Positions 37,764-50,729 are shown, counted from the first letter of the stretch. The stretch is 64,000 nt of DNA from Torpedo marmorata (GCA_977017645.1 OZ360232.1:92628001-92692000), one strand, 5' to 3'. Numbers and translations: made by a program. Notes: generated by a model not told the origin, from the sequence alone.

Positions 37764-38010
37764 AGTGGCATGGGTTAATGCAATCCTATTACAGCACCAG
37801 CGACCTGAGTTCGAATCTGCCGCAGACTGTAAGGAGTTTGTACGTTCTCCCCGTGACCGTGTAGGTTCCCTCTGGGTGCTCCGGTTTCCTCCCAGATTTC
37901 AAAGATGCACAGGGTTAGTAGGTTAATTAGTCACATGGGTGTATTTGGTTGGCACGGGCTCGTGGGCTGGAAGGGCCTGTTACTGTGCTGCGTCTCCATA
38001 TTAAATTGAA
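37764..38010 (+). mobile_element. V-SINE (HE1-like)
   Basis: B-box GTTCGAATC, then the V-domain GGAGTTTGTACGTTCTCCCCGTGAC..GGGTGCTCCGGTTTCCTCCCA and a CR1-like tail. Confidence 0.88.
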
Positions 38011-39059
38011 AGAGGTGGTCCACTCTGCCTCAATCTGTGGCCTGCTTCTGCATTAGGTTCTGAACCAGTCATGGATCCAATAATCTCATTGTTGTTTTTA
38101 TTAAAATTAAATTGGATATCTTTCTCTTTGGCCTGTGGTATTCTGTTCAGAGAAAGGGACACATTTCATATGTCCTCGTGACATAAAAGGAGACCATTCA
38201 GCCCATCTATGCCAACTCCCAGAGCAATCCCATTATTCCCATTCTTATTTCCCTTTAACCTATTTTCTCTAATGTTCCCGCAGCAGTAGTTCAGCAGCTG
38301 TCTGTTCAGCCAGTATTCGGTCCCAGTGCTCAGTGAATTTCTTGCTCTTGGGAGATTATGTAGCGTGGGCTTCACATAGGTGTGGTTGAGGGGAGAAAAA
38401 AACAGATTTACAAAAAGGAGCAATGTCTTCTCTACATCAGAGTAAAGCCCACCGTTGTGGAGTTCCAAGTGTTAGAATCAAGTTGTGTGAGGCAACTCTT
38501 CCCCTTCCACCCCCTTCCCCCCACCTTTTCATTCAGGAGTCTGCCTTATTTTTGACATTCCTGACGAAGGATTCAACCCCGAGATATCGACTGCCCTTTA
38601 CTTCCTGTGGATGCTGCGTGACCTGCTGAGTTTCACCAGCACTTGCATGAAGCAATCTCCGTCCAAGATTGTTCCTTTAACATTTGTTTCACATCAGCCT
38701 CAGATTTGCAGGTATAAATAGAATCCCTAAACTGCGTAAGGTAAAGGCACGAAGCAAAAAAATCTCCTTGATTTGAGGTGGATGTGTGATGAACTCCTCT
38801 TATTTGGCAGGAGCAGGCAGACTCAGCTTCCTGTACCAGATGCAGCCTCCAACCAGGATCTGCAGTTTTCCATGATCTCAGCACATCTATATTGATGTCA
38901 TAATCATTGCAGCATTGAGAATCTGGGTCACCCCAGTCATTGTGACCTGATGCCACTGTCTTCCTTAGTCAGCAGGATGGATCTGGTTTGGACCTGCTCA
39001 GGTTTGCAGGATTAATGAATTTGTTATATTAAGTTCAGAGAAAGGCTTTATTAAAAATG

Positions 39060-39300
39060 AACAAGGTGAGAGGGGAAAGATTTATAAAAGGACCATGGGA
39101 CACCTTCTTTGCACAGAGGGTGGTGGGTAAATGGAACAAGCTGCCAGAGGAAGTGGTCAAGGTGGGGACAATTCCAAAGTCATTGTATAGGAAAGGGTCA
39201 GAGGGATATGGGCCAAATGCAGGCAAATAGGACGAGCTTAGTTAGCATGGACAAGATGGGCTGAAGGGCCTATGTCCATGCTGTAGAACTCTATGACTCC
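39060..39300 (+). mobile_element. CR1 LINE 3' end
   Basis: AAGGTGAGAGGGGAAAGATTT..GGGCTGAAGGGCCT..CTCTATGACTC tail. Confidence 0.85.
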
Positions 39301-39601
39301 ATAATCACAGTAGTTCATGATTATAATAGCTGGAAGCATCACTTCATGTTGTGATTACTCTTGAAGTTAAAATTCCTCAGTTTGTGGTTTCTCTCCCAAG
39401 GTAGGTTAACAGGCAAAGAAAGTTGGTTCCAGCACATAGTACTGATGGTCTTTTAGACCTTGGGAGGCTTCAACAACCTGTCAAGTGATCATGGCAGTGA
39501 AGTAGATCTGGGACAGGGTACCTTCAATGTTGGAACAGAGCAAACAATTGTGGTTCTTTAGTTTTTGGTTTGAGAGGTGAGACATACAGTGAAGAAGGCA
39601 T

Positions 39602-39940
39602 AAATCTATAGCTAGGCCCCTCCTCGCCTCCAGGACCTATGTCCATTTCCTCTTTAAAAATCCAAGTATGCCAAGTAATTTAAGCCTGCGGGGTGGACGA
39701 CGAACCTCCAACGTCTTCTTTCCTTTTCTACTTCAACATTTTCTTATTCTATTCCTCTCCTTTCTTTCTTTTTGGGGGGAATTGGGTGGGTGGGTTTTTC
39801 TCTGTTTGTAATTTTGTTGTTTTTTAGTATAATAGTCAACAGACGAATATTATATTTGATGATGTATTATTTTTGTTATTGATAATATGTTTGGCTTTAA
39901 AAAAAATACAAATAAAATATTCCAAAAAAAAAGAAAAAAA
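39602..39940 (+). mobile_element. L1 3'UTR-only insertion with poly(A), nested in a CR1
   Basis: T-rich 3'UTR, AATAAAATATTCC plus an A-tail similar to the terminus of the L1 at 41956. AAGGCAT is repeated at 39595-39601 and 39941-39947. Confidence 0.7.
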
Positions 39941-40990
39941 AAGGCATGTAGGATACCGGCCTCAATTAGCTGGGACATAGAATAGAAGGGCAGGGAGGTC
40001 ATGGCAGGACTTTCTAAAGCATTGGTTAGGCCACAGCGGGAGCACTGTGTGCAGTTCTGGTCACCACATTACAGGAAAGAAGTGATTGCACTGAGAGGGT
40101 GGAGAGGACATTCACCAGGATGTTGCCTGGGATGGAGTGTTTGAGCCACAAGGAGAAACTGTATAAATTGGGATTGTTTTTCCTGGAACAGCGGGGGAGG
40201 CTGAGGGGCAACCTGACAAGGTTGTGCAAGGTCATGCGGGGTGTAGATATGATAGATAGTGGGAAACATTTCCCCCATTTCACAGGTTTCGATTGCAAGA
40301 AGGGATAGGTTTAAGGTGAGAGGAAGAAGGTTTAGAAGGGATATGAGAACTTATTTTACCCAAAGGGAGCTTGGAATCTTGAGCCTAGCGGGTGATGAAG
40401 GCAGAGACACTCACAACAAAGAGTAATACAACGTGGACCAGGCCCTTCAGCCCAACGTGTCCAGGCCGACAAAAATGTCCCACCCACATTAATCCCATCT
40501 GCGTGTGTTTGGCCCATATCCCTCTAAACCCATCCTGTCCATGTATCTGTCCAAATGTTTCTTAAACATTGCCAAAGTACCTATCTCAACCACCTCCTCC
40601 AGCAGCCTGTTCCATACACCCACCAACCACCCTCTGTGTGTAAAAAAAAAGAAAAAGTTATCCCTCAGGTTCCTGTTAAATCTTTAACTCTTCAACTTAA
40701 ACCTATGTCCTCTGGGTACCGTTTCCCCTGCTCCGGGCAAAAGACTCTCTGCATTCCCCCAATCTGTTTCTCTCATGATTTTGTGTACCTCTGTGCTCCA
40801 AGGAATAAAGCCCCACCCTGTTCAACTTCTCCCTATAGCTCAGACATGTTAAGAAATATGCAGGTGAGCATTTGAATTGCCAAGGCACAGAAGGCCACAG
40901 AGCACCTAGGATTGGTAGAGATGGGAACTTCATGGTTGGAATGCACATGGTGGGCTAATTGACCTGCTTCTGTGTTGTCTGACTCCATGA
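39941..40990 (+). mobile_element. CR1 3' fragment interrupted by an oppositely oriented CR1 3' end (about 40420-40840)
   Basis: FTRMLPGME..GLFFLEQR on the + strand. The minus-strand copy carries GGCCCTTCAGCCCA..CCCATATCCCTCTAAACC. The + copy resumes at about 40845. Confidence 0.82.
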
Positions 40991-41169
40991 CACTGTGACA
41001 TATCATTGACATTCTTGGTTAAGTGCTACGGGGCAGGGGCAATGCTGAGACTCCCAAGGTTCTGATTACTGAGTGGCTTTGGATGAAACCCAAGGTGCTA
41101 CCTTCCTTATATGGAGAGCACATAGTATACACACAGGATATTGGTACACAATGGTCTGTATTAGAGTCA

Positions 41170-41450
41170 TACTGCATGGAACTTCCCTGAGTCTGTGCCG
41201 ACCATCCAACAGCTGTTTACACTCATCCCATTTATATTCTCTTCACATTCCCATAAAATCCCTGCCAATTCTACCATTTACAGTGGCCAATTCACCCACC
41301 AACCCAGTGTCTTTGGGATGTGAAGAGAAACCAGAGTATCCACTGGAAACCCACGTGGTCACAGGGAGAGCGTGCAAACTCCACTAAGACAGCACCGGAG
41401 GTTGGTTTTGAACCGGGGTCACTGGAGCTGTGAGGCTGCACCACTAGCTG
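41170..41450 (-). mobile_element. V-SINE
   Basis: TCTTTGGGATGTG..GAAACCCACGTGGTCACAGGGAGAGCGTGCAAACTCCAC. Confidence 0.82.
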
Positions 41451-41955
41451 CAAAGGAATACAATCATTGGGCTGTGAAAATCATAAACACCTGGACATCA
41501 CCCGTGCAAGATATACTACCCACCAATGGAATATTTGTTTCCCCCCTTCTCTTTGAAGGTCTTGTCTCAAGGTTTTGGTCCCATCTCCTGCAGAACCTTA
41601 CGTAGATAATTTCTTTGTCACAAACCACCTAGTATGTGAGAAGGATTCTTCTGTGAGCAGACTAACCAATTATCTGTAACATTCATACCACTGTGTAAAG
41701 AGCACAATACACAGAGTAATATAGAGAGTATTAGAGTGCAGGGAGAGTGGAATAGAAGGGTTGTATGTCACAAGCAGAGAGAATCTTGCATGAGTTTGTT
41801 ATCCTTTGTTGAGCTATTCCCTTAGGTAGCATTCCCACTGAACTGCCCACATCATGTCCACATTCCACCGGAGGATTAGGACATACTATCCAGGAGCAGC
41901 AATCCAGGATAAGTTTGTTTTAATTAGGTGTGTATCAGATTTGGGTGTATTGTTT

Positions 41956-44900
41956 TTTTTTGTGGAATATTTTATTTTTTCATTTTTCACAAAAAGATTA
42001 ACAATATAAACATAATCACACAATTTCCAATTGTATACATTATTATTAAATTTCCCTTCCCTCCCCCCCAACTAAAAAGGAAAAACAAAACCTAAGAAAC
42101 AAAACATACAAATAAAAAGAAAAGAAAACTAAACGTACCGTCAGTGCTTACATTACTTTTCCCACCTTTTTGGAGACGTCACACCGTTAATTTTTTACAC
42201 ATTACATTTTATTGTACCTTGGGGTTTGATTTATAACTGGACCCCAATATATTCCAGATATGGTTGCCACACCTTAACAAATGTGTCATATTTGTTCCTG
42301 AGATTATATGTGATTTTCTCCATGGGAATACAGCTGTGCATTTCTGATGACCATCGAGTGATGAGAAGGGGGGAGTCGGACTTCCAAGTTATTGCTATAC
42401 ATTTCTTTGCCACGGACAAAGCAACCTTTACAAATTGAATTTGAAATTTAGATAATTTATAGCTTATGTCCATTAAGTTTCCTAAAAGATACAACTCCGG
42501 GTCCAGCGGAAAGCCTATCCCCATAATTCTGGTTAGTGTGTTAGATATATCATGCCAAAAGGGGCGTACCTTTACGCAGGACCAGGTTTAGTGCAAAAAG
42601 GTTCCAATTTCTACTCCACATCTGAAACACATTTCCGATATTTTGGATTTTGATTTGTGTAACTTTTGTGGTGTGAGATATAATTGATATAAGAAATTAT
42701 ACTGGGTCAGTCTGTATCTAGCGTTAATAACTGCTGTCATACTATGCCTACACCGGTCTGACCAGCAACGCTCCTGAATTGTTGTACCCAGGTCCGATTC
42801 CCACCTCTCCCTCGATCTATGTATACCTGGTTTAAGGCTTTCACTCTGTAGGACAAAGTTAATTCTGGATGTGAATTTGAGTGAATTTCCCAGTCGAAGT
42901 ATCTGCTCCTCCACCTCGTTGCTTATAGGTGGGGTCATCGTAGGGCCCCACCTTTCTCGCAAGAAGGATCTTAATTCGAGAAAACAGTAGAAGGTTCTGT
43001 TAGATAAATCATACTTAACTCTAAGTTGTTTGAAGGACATAAGCTGTTCATTTTCATAACAATCCTCAATATAACAAATTCCCTTTTGGTGCCAATTTTT
43101 CCATATTTTATTGCCCACATTCATGGGTATAAATTCGTTTTGAAACAGAGGTGTTTTGGGAGATATTCCAACTTTTTCTCCAATACAGTCATTAAGTTCT
43201 TGCCAAATTTTAAACATATGTTTAAGAATGGGATTATCTGTTGTTTTTGATATTAATTTAGTATTCCATTTGTAAACAAAGTCCTTAGCTATTTTCTCCC
43301 CTATAGCATTTATTCCAATTTGGGCCCATGGAGGACTCCTCGAAAAAGGATAGAAGAAACCTCGACTGGGCTGCTCAATAGTACTTCTTAAAATCCGGTA
43401 ACCATAGGCCCCCCAGTTTATAATCCCACGTCATCTTTTCCATGGAGATTCTGGAAACTTTGCCATTCCAAATAAACTGTCTTACACATCCTTTGAGTGT
43501 TTTGAAAAAAGTTTGTGGCAAAGGTATAGGTAGAGATTGAAAAAGGTATTGGAGTTTTGGCATCACCACCATTTTGATACAGTTTACCCTGCCCACTAAT
43601 GTAATGGGCAGGCTTCTCCATCTGAGTAAATCGTCCTCGATCTTTCCAAGCATCGGGAGGTAGTTAAGTTTGTACAAATTCTGTATATTATTGTCAATCA
43701 TTATCCCTAAATATTTCATGCCTTCTAGTTGCCATTTAAAGCAACTCCCCTGTTGATATTTTCCATGGTCAAATTTCGTAAGTGGCATAATTTCACTTTT
43801 GTCTATATTTATTTTATATCCTGAAATCATGCCATAATCCTTCAGTGTAGTCTGCAATTTGGTCAAAGACTCAGCTGGTTCTGTTAGATATAACAATATG
43901 TCATCTGAAAACAAGTTAATTTTGTGATCCACCTGATCCACCTTGAATCCCTTTATTTCTGGATCCCTCCTGACAGCTTCTGCCAATGGTTCGATTGCTA
44001 ACACAAAAAGCCCTGGAGACAGTGGACAACCCTGCCTACTAGATCTACTCAATTAAAATGTCGACTACATTTGCCCATTTGTTATAATTTTGGCCCGAGG
44101 TTTATAGTAAAGTGTTTTTACCCATTGGACAAATAATTGTCCCAGTCCAAACTTTTCTAGTACTTTAAATAAAAAAGGCCATTCCAACCTATCAAAAGCT
44201 TTTTCCACGTCTAAAGACACGGCTATGCTTGGGTCTATTTTGGATTGTGCCAAATGTATTATACTAAGTAATCTACCCAAGTTATTGGCAGAGTGTCTCC
44301 TCTTCACAAACCCAACTTGATCTAGGTTTATCAGTTTTGCTTTGGCTATTATCTTATAATCAGCATTTAACAATGAAATAGGTCTATCTGAGGACGGCTT
44401 TAGTGGGTCTCTGTTTTTCTTAGGTATAACCGTAATAATAGCTGTTGAAAAGGATTCCGGGAGAGTCTGTGTCTCTGCTGCCCGAGCAACCACATCCATA
44501 AAAAGAGGCATCAACAGATCTTTGAATTCTTTGTAGAATTCGGGCAGGAAACCATCCTCCCCCGGTGATTTATTAGTTTGTAATGTACTCAAGGCTTTTT
44601 CGATCTCCTCTCTGGAGAAAGGGGAATTTAATTTCACCTGATCATCTTGGTCCAATCTAGGCAAATCGACCTTAGACAAAAAATCATCTATCCTGGTCAA
44701 GTCTTGAGGTGATTCCGATTTGTATAATTCTATATAAAACTGCTTAAATATGTCATTTATCTCCCTCGGATTATATGTTATCTGGCCCTGATTCAATTGC
44801 ATTAATTATCCTCGATGTCTCCCCTGCCTTCAGTTGCCAAGCCAGGACCTTATGGGCTCTTTCGCCCAGTTCATAATATTTTTGCTTGGATCTCAAAACA

Positions 44901-45455
44901 GTTTTCTCCACTTGGTACGTTTGTAAAGTATTGTATTTAAGTTTTTTGTTTACCAGTGTTTGGTATTTTTCCTTTGAGACGGATTGTTAATATTCCTTTT
45001 CCAACTCCAGAATTTGTCGTTCTAGGTTGTTTACTTACGCCAAATTTTTTTTTTAACATTTTTGGTGTACGAAATTATTTGCCCCCTCAAATAAGCCTTC
45101 AAAGTATCCCATATTAAAAAGCTATTATTAGTAGAGGGGCAATTTGTTTCACAGAACAAGTTTATTTGACCCCTTATAAAGTTGCAAAAGTCTGTCCTTT
45201 TCAACAGCGTAGGGTTGAGACGCCATCTATATACACTTGCCTGTTTTTCTGGCATTACTATGGATAAAATCAAAGGTACATGATCTAGCTAGGTATTCCG
45301 ATTCGATTACTCTGCCTTCCAAATGTGCCGACATTAAAGAGTTATCGATTCTGGTATAAGAGTCATGGGGCTTAGAATAAAAGGAGTAACCATCTCCATG
45401 CATCTATTAAGTTTAAATCTTTCATGTAGGCCAACGTGGTTTTAGCCGCCCTGGC
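41956..45455 (-). mobile_element. 5'-truncated L1-clade LINE (3.5 kb), ORF2 pseudogene
   Basis: 13-bp TSD GGGTGTATTGTTT at 41943-41955 and 45456-45468, poly(A) signal and A-tail at the left end. ORF2 pieces cover the endonuclease end (LIDAWR), RT (KSPGEDG, RPISLLNADYKI, SLDVEKAFDR, RQGCPLSP, LFSDD) and the C-terminal CxxC..H knuckle. Several frameshifts and stops. Confidence 0.96.
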
Positions 45456-45927
45456 GGGTGTATTGTTTAATGGCATCTTGTTCCCTGTCATCATTGTGGC
45501 TCGATGATTCTGTGCTCTCAGCTTATCATCTGCATATGATGGGGTTTGAACCAACATTTAATTTTAAAGAGCTTTCTTAAACAACTGGGAGTAGAAGGGT
45601 CAAGGCAGAATACGAACTGTGCATTTCATTAACTCCTTGATTTACAAACACTGATGAAGTTTTGTTATTACTTGTTCATTCTTTGGGGTACACACCTACC
45701 ATTTACAAAGCTATTTTTGACTTTTTGTGAGCAACTAATCACTCTCCACACATCGGAATACATTGTTCCAAAGTGCTCATAAATCACTTTGCCTAGCATT
45801 TTGTCTTAGAAACCTTTTGCAAATCAAAGAACCACTGCATTGTCACAGTAACCTCAGGTACAATTTTTACCAACAGGTCACGATAGATGAAAATAAGTGG
45901 AAAAATATTTTTGCAAACAACATCACA

Positions 45928-46325
45928 TAGTGTGCATGCATGTGTGCATGTGTATCTCTTTGTGTGTTTTTGTATATGTGCATAAGCACGTGTGCCAATG
46001 TTTGTGTAAGTGCGTGTGTAAATGCATGCATGTGTGTCTTTTGATGTGAGTGCATCTGTGCGCATGTGTTCGTGTGCATGCTCAATTGTGTGTGTCATGC
46101 GTGTGTGAGTATGCTTGTGTGTGTAAATGCAAGTGCGTATGTGTGAGTGCACATGTGTGTTTGAATGCAAGTAAAGGTAAAGGTTCCATTATTGTCACGT
46201 AATACTACATTTAGAATGTAACATACATGAAATTCTTTAATTTTTGTCTACCGTAAGGCAGACAGAGGGTCGCGCGCTTGTGTGCGTGCGCATGTGTGTG
46301 TGTGTATGTGTGTGTGTGTGTGTCT
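45928..46325. repeat. Degenerate (TG/TGCA)n repeat interrupted by a ~100-bp retroelement tail (about 46171-46272)
   Basis: (GTAAAG)2..ATTATTGTCAC..GAAATTCT..GTAAGGCAGACAGAG resembles the tail of the elements at 30362 and 32825. Confidence 0.75.
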
Positions 46326-46659
46326 ATCTGTGCCAGTAGGCTCTGTGTATTTGGACTGGTTACCTGTTTTGAATTTGTGAGCATCCTTTGCTCCTGATGT
46401 GTCCTGTCCCTGTAGGATAATTAACCTATTCCCGGCGCCAAGTAAAGCTATCGAGCTAGGTGGGATTGCATGCCGAAGGCTGCTGATGTTGTGGCTGTTT
46501 GCTCACCAAGAAAATGATAAAAGCTGCCAGCATGGGCACCTCTGATGTTTTAGTCATATAACCTTGTCAACAGTGGCTGTGATCTCTTTCCCTGCTCGTG
46601 TTTCATTGAACATATTAGAAGATGGGTAAAGGAAAAGTCCATTTTTCTTTCCTTTTTCT

Positions 46660-46940
46660 CTGGTGCAGCAGGCAGTACTGTTGTCTCACACTTCCAGTGG
46701 TTGATTCTGACCCGTGCTGTCTGTGTGAAGTTTGCCCGTTCTCGCTGTGACCTCATGGGTTTCACCCCGGGCTCCAGTTTCTTCTTGTGTCCAAAAAGAT
46801 ATGTCAGTTGGTAAGTTAGTAGTTAGATGGTAAAAAGAATTGGTGGGGGGGAGAGGGAGGTGGGCTGACGAGACACAAAAGAGAATAGAAAACAAGGAAC
46901 TAAATGGAAGAATGGGATCGATAGGATTGCTTAGGAACAG
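46660..46940 (+). mobile_element. V-SINE (diverged)
   Basis: GCTGTCTGTGTGAAGTTTGCCCGTTCTCGCTGTGACCTCATGGGTTTC..GCTCCAGTTTC. Confidence 0.75.
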
Positions 46941-48349
46941 AATATAGACTGGAATGTAGACTTATTTTATTTGTACCAAGTGGGAATCTTTTTCTATTAT
47001 TTTTGAAGTTGTGAAATTCTTTTCCCATTGTTTGGATTTTATGGAAAGGGATGAGGGATTTTGCAATACTGAACATATCAGGTTTCCTTTAGCTTTTAAG
47101 TAGGTTTGAACACAGTATTTGGTTGAGGAACATCTGGCATCATATATTCTCTACCACAAATGAAAGGCTACAATTGGCCCAGGGTTGAATTATTCCCGGC
47201 GGTCTCCTAGATCTCGCAACTTAAAGACAACTGTTTTTCCTATTTCCACTGCTTCTATAATTAAGAAACGAAGGTGTTCAATGGAATTAAAGACAGTTCA
47301 TAACTTAATGTCTCAATCATTATTCCTCAGCATTAGAGATTCATCTTCAATCTCTGAAGGTTCCAGGCTGATCCTGGAGGACTGGCAACCCATGGGTTGC
47401 TCAGTGGGTGAGGTGAGATTGAACACCCTTGGCATTCGGTGGCATTTCATGAGTGTGGTGTGGAGTAGCCCTGGTTAAGCTGAAGTCAGTGAGTATCAAG
47501 GGGAGAACACCCCATTGATCGGATTCATAACTTGAACAAAGGAAAATACCGGTAGTTGTGTTTGTTGGAAATTATTTATCCCAGCCCCAGAACATCACAG
47601 AGGGGGTTCTTCAGGTTCATACAGGACACTTTGACATTTGGGAGGGCTTTGCTGATAGAAACCTATCCCTGGGTAATTTCGAACCTTCAGGAGAAGAAAC
47701 TGAGCTGTTAGATTGGCTTTGCATTGTGGGAGAGGTTATAGATTCAAAAACAAAACCTTTACTTTGCTATTATACACTGATACATTACAGTTCTGGAGGT
47801 TTATTAATTTGTTTATTTGCAGGCAATTAGCATTAGTTGTGCTAATTATGCTGGAGAATCAGCGATAAGCACTTATATTAATTAAGCTTCCTTCAGAGGT
47901 TCCAGAAGGGTTGGCTGGAACCATGACAGTTACTAAACAAATGAACCTAATCGCCAAACTAAAAATATAATGAAGTTCGTGTGTTCAGTTTTTTGGTTTA
48001 TTATGAAGTTATGTTTTCACTCCACTAATGGTCCTTCCTCAACAAGCTGTAGCCAGTGCTCATCGCTGAAATGTTCCACCAATGTGACATGTCTTCCATG
48101 TCCAAGTGTGTCAAGGGAAGGATATCCCATTCTGTGGGACACTGGGTCCATTCCTCACCCTCAGCAGTTGACATGTGGACCCTTGCTCCCAAGGTTGGTG
48201 TGCAGACCCAGGACTTGAAGCTTGGCTGATTTTCTCTTGTTTTACCGCAAGTGAATTGAATTGTTTAGCCTTGCCTGTACCAAGATACAGCATGCCATCC
48301 AAGCAAGTCAACCCATACTTAAGTACAGCAGGTAGTGCAATAAAAATAA

Positions 48350-48870
48350 TGTTGGCAATCCTAGACCACAGAAACACCTGCGTCAAGCTGTTGTTCATTG
48401 ATTACAGCTCTGCGTTCAATGCCATCACATCTCCCGTCCATTGCAGACATCCATGTGAGCCACTGCCTCAAGAAGGCAGCCCACATCATAAAGGACCCCC
48501 ATCACCCTGGTCACAACCTCTTCTCACTGTTACCTTCAGGTAGACAGTACAGAAGCCTGAGTCCAGCACCTATTGATTCAAGAATAGTTTCTTTCCAACA
48601 GCTGTCAGACTCTTACACCTCCCCTTGTTACAGTAATTAGGGACTGCTCTGACACCAAAAAAGGACTGTCTGCACAAAGTCACTTTTTTGCACTCGTATA
48701 ACTGCGAATATTTATCTCTATATTATGTATTTATTGTCTCTTAATTGAATTCAATTAGTATACATACATTTTAGTTTTTCTTTACAAGTACCTGTTTGGC
48801 TGCAGCAAGTAAGATTTTTTCAATGCACATGTATATTGTACAATGTGTATGAAAATAAACTCATTATCAT
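48350..48870 (+). mobile_element. Rex1/Babar LINE fragment with an internal deletion plus 3'UTR
   Basis: VKLLFIDYSSAFN joined directly to CLKKAAHIIKDPHHPGHNLFSLLPSGRQYRSL, with a tail ending AATAAACTCATTATCATT. Confidence 0.88.
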
Positions 48871-50162
48871 TGAGGTGGTATTAGAGATATAAGAGAGTGG
48901 ATCAATTGTAATGCAAGTCAGTAGAGGATCCGGCAGGAACAGCTCGTAAAGTATTGCCATGTTCTGATATCATCTTCATGTATGAAAGAAAAGTGCTGAA
49001 GTTTCTACTGCTACCCTGGAAAACACACAGGATTAGCACTTCACTCTTTCACTCGCAGTGCCTTTACTCCTGAGCTATCGACTCATACTGCTGCATTTTC
49101 CTTCAGCATTAGACATAACTGAGGTGATGGTAGTTTGGTTAATCTCTATTTAGCGCAACACTATAGTCTCCTCTGATCTAGAGAGCCATTGCTGCTCTCA
49201 ATTACCAACTGTAAAGCCTGCCAGTTAGATAATGGCACTGGGTAGAGTGGAGGATTATCTCAGTTAAGTTTCCATCACTAACGAATAGTGGCCATTTATT
49301 TTTCTTCTCTCTGAAGCTCCTGACTCTCCCTTCTCTTTGGCGAGTTCCCTTCTCTCCTGAAAGTACTACTGGCTCATGGTTCTCGTGTATTCATCGGCTG
49401 GGAGGTCATTGGCCATTTTACTGTGTCGGTGTAGTTGCCTTCTCTGATTGGATGATGATCTACCATTGCAGAAGCCATGGGTTGCCATTGACCAATCAAC
49501 TCGCCCATTCTCATGACCTCTGCCTTTCCATCTTAATACAGCACCAGTTGAACTCCCCACCCCTTGTTCGTTCATCTCAAACATTCTTACAGTGAGTAAA
49601 GAAGTTGTTAAAAGAAAGTGACCAAGATACAATTATCTTAATTTTTTTCCACATTTACTCAGCGTGGAGATTAATCCTGAATTCCAGCAGACACAAACTC
49701 AGCAAATTGTCTCCCCTGGTGTAACCATAAGTGGGACATCTCCTCTGGAGATCATGGAGGGTAAAGATGTACCCCCGGAGGTATTGGGAAGATCTCCCTT
49801 GACATACTGGAGTGGTTTGAAGCCAGAGGAAATGTGTTTTTCTCTCTCCCAGCACACTTGGGTTAACTGAGCTCTTTATTCCATTTTTTAAATTCACATT
49901 TGAAGACCAACTGCTGGTGGACCACAACAGAAGTTAATATGCGTCCTGAAATAATCTTGGCTTCATGAATTGCAAAGCATGCTTGCAACTCAGATTAAAT
50001 TGGAAACAGTGAGGAAGTGTGGAAGAGGAATTGAAGACATTCTCATTCTGAAATGGGAGCATGAAATGGTTTTTGTACCAGTCTCAAAACTTCCAAGGCA
50101 GTAGTCATTTTGAAAGGATTAAAACACATTTAGAACTTGTTGGGAATTAAAATGTTATAATA

Positions 50163-50381
50163 CAGGTATACCCCGCTTTACGAATACGCAAATTAAGAAA
50201 ATTCGCTTTTACAAAGAAACCCGTGTTCGCTTTTACGAAGAAATTATAATGGGTTTATAATGGGTTTTCGCTTTTACGAAAATTGCCTCCAATAGTAGTC
50301 GATGGGTCTTTGCTTTACAAATTTTCGGTTTACGAACGGTTTCTCAGGAACGCTCTACCTTCGTAACGCGGGGTATACCTG
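50163..50381. mobile_element. MITE / non-autonomous Tc1-mariner (pogo/Tigger-like) DNA transposon, 219 bp
   Basis: TA on both sides. 22-bp TIRs CAGGTATACCCCGC(T/G)TTACGAA with 21/22 matching. Internal repeats of CGCTTTTACGAA. Confidence 0.92.
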
Positions 50382-50729
50382 TAAAAGTGTGGGTTTGTTA
50401 ATTTTACCCTTTTCGTATGCATGTCTTCTGTTATCTCACCACATGCTTTTGTTTGGGAGCAGCACTTCTTAAATCTTGTTGCTTTAATTAACTGAATCTA
50501 TTATTGAAATTGACACAAAAGGCCATAAGCGACAAATAATTTTTGTTGTAGTTTTTCTTTTCTTGTTCATATTATTTGCACTTTATCTGACATAAAGTTT
50601 ATACATATTCAGTGCCTCTCTCAAAGTTGATGCACAATGGGGGTGTAGGAAGAGATATGTGAGGGAGGGGTGTCAGCTTCCTGTTTGATAAGCCTTCAGC
50701 AGGCCTCAACAGATCAGAGTCAAATTTAA

